Source: Nanobdellota archaeon (GTDB taxonomy: Archaea; Nanobdellota; Nanobdellia; Woesearchaeales; GW2011-AR9). From it: DNA of 64,000 nucleotides. This document shows positions 63,688 through 64,000 of the stretch, in pieces. The stretch spans positions 7,131 through 71,130 of the forward strand of contig JBBSZV010000033.1 of the NCBI GenBank assembly GCA_038044525.1, given 5' to 3'. Every line of letters begins with the position of its first letter. Within the stretch, counting starts at the first letter, position 1. Made by a program: the position numbers and the translations under genes. The notes beneath the pieces were generated by a model, which ran no database searches, was not told where the DNA came from, and saw nothing but the letters and a program-made list of their open reading frames with translations.

Positions 63688-64000
63688 ATGGGAACAATGG
63701 CAAAAGAAACAGCAAATGAGGATACCATTGAAAAAATGATTGCGCTTGATGAAGATTTTATCAGCTGGTGGGCGGAAGGTTTGGAAAGGGAAGGTTGCAA
63801 TTTAGATAAAGACACTATCCGTATCGCTACCCAGCAGGAAAAGCCTTTTCTTTTCCGCAATTATACTTATAGGGAATATTTTGATGCCATGAGGCGGGGC
63901 GAATATTGGCCGTCAGTTACATATAATCTTGCATACACCATGTGCTGGAAGTCGGTTCTTGAAAATATGGTCGAGGACGAAGGAGCAGCAGTTCCGCCCT
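63688..64000 (+). CDS. Hypothetical protein, partial (continues beyond the window end).
   Basis: The frame from the ATG at 63688 (MGTMAKETANEDTIEKMIALDEDF...) is open to the window end. Confidence 0.3.
   Translation, partial: MGTMAKETANEDTIEKMIALDEDFISWWAEGLEREGCNLDKDTIRIATQQEKPFLFRNYTYREYFDAMRRGEYWPSVTYNLAYTMCWKSVLENMVEDEGAAVPP

Noticed and set aside
1-64000. CRISPR arrays, rRNA genes and prophage blocks.
   Set aside because: No regularly spaced direct repeats, no rRNA-like conserved segments, and no integrase or capsid-type genes were seen. The only clear mobile DNA is the IS and its miniature derivative.

Overview
This 64-kb window looks like part of a small archaeal genome with a DPANN-like feel (roughly 40-45% GC), with genes tightly packed and often overlapping. 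Archaeal-type informational genes are present: ribosomal proteins uS2 and S8e, a RadB-like ATPase, membrane-bound LonB, tRNA m1A methyltransferase TrmI, Taw3, TsaC/Sua5, Mtq2, ScpA and AMP phosphorylase. Several genes are bacterial-type: a class-I GAPDH, a long RelA/SpoT (p)ppGpp synthetase, DsbA-like thioredoxin, AI-2E transporter, M29 aminopeptidase and a YvcK/CofD-family protein. Most of the coding capacity goes to secreted or membrane-anchored surface proteins. One cluster is four minus-strand genes at 13.2-20.5 kb. Another is a plus-strand operon at 23.3-33.8 kb that includes a 1816-aa Cys-rich giant protein and an 812-aa protein with a lysozyme-like region and a C-terminal FGE-sulfatase/C-type-lectin-fold domain. 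There is also an S-layer-like gene at 55.3-57.8 kb. Two tRNA-Val genes carry non-canonical introns: a 17-nt T-loop intron in tRNA-Val(UAC), and three introns (D-loop, anticodon loop, T-loop) in tRNA-Val(GAC). Other notable items are a complete IS element with 16-bp TIRs and a 9-bp target duplication plus a TIR-only miniature remnant elsewhere, a markedly AT-rich two-gene island whose large protein ends in an Smr-like nuclease domain, a LonB gene interrupted by one in-frame TAG, an Mtq2-Bud32-like kinase fusion, a hairpin-dense intergenic element, an RHH/PIN toxin-antitoxin pair with an operator palindrome, and a thiol-disulfide module (DsbA-like plus two CxxC membrane proteins and a membrane-tethered wHTH regulator).
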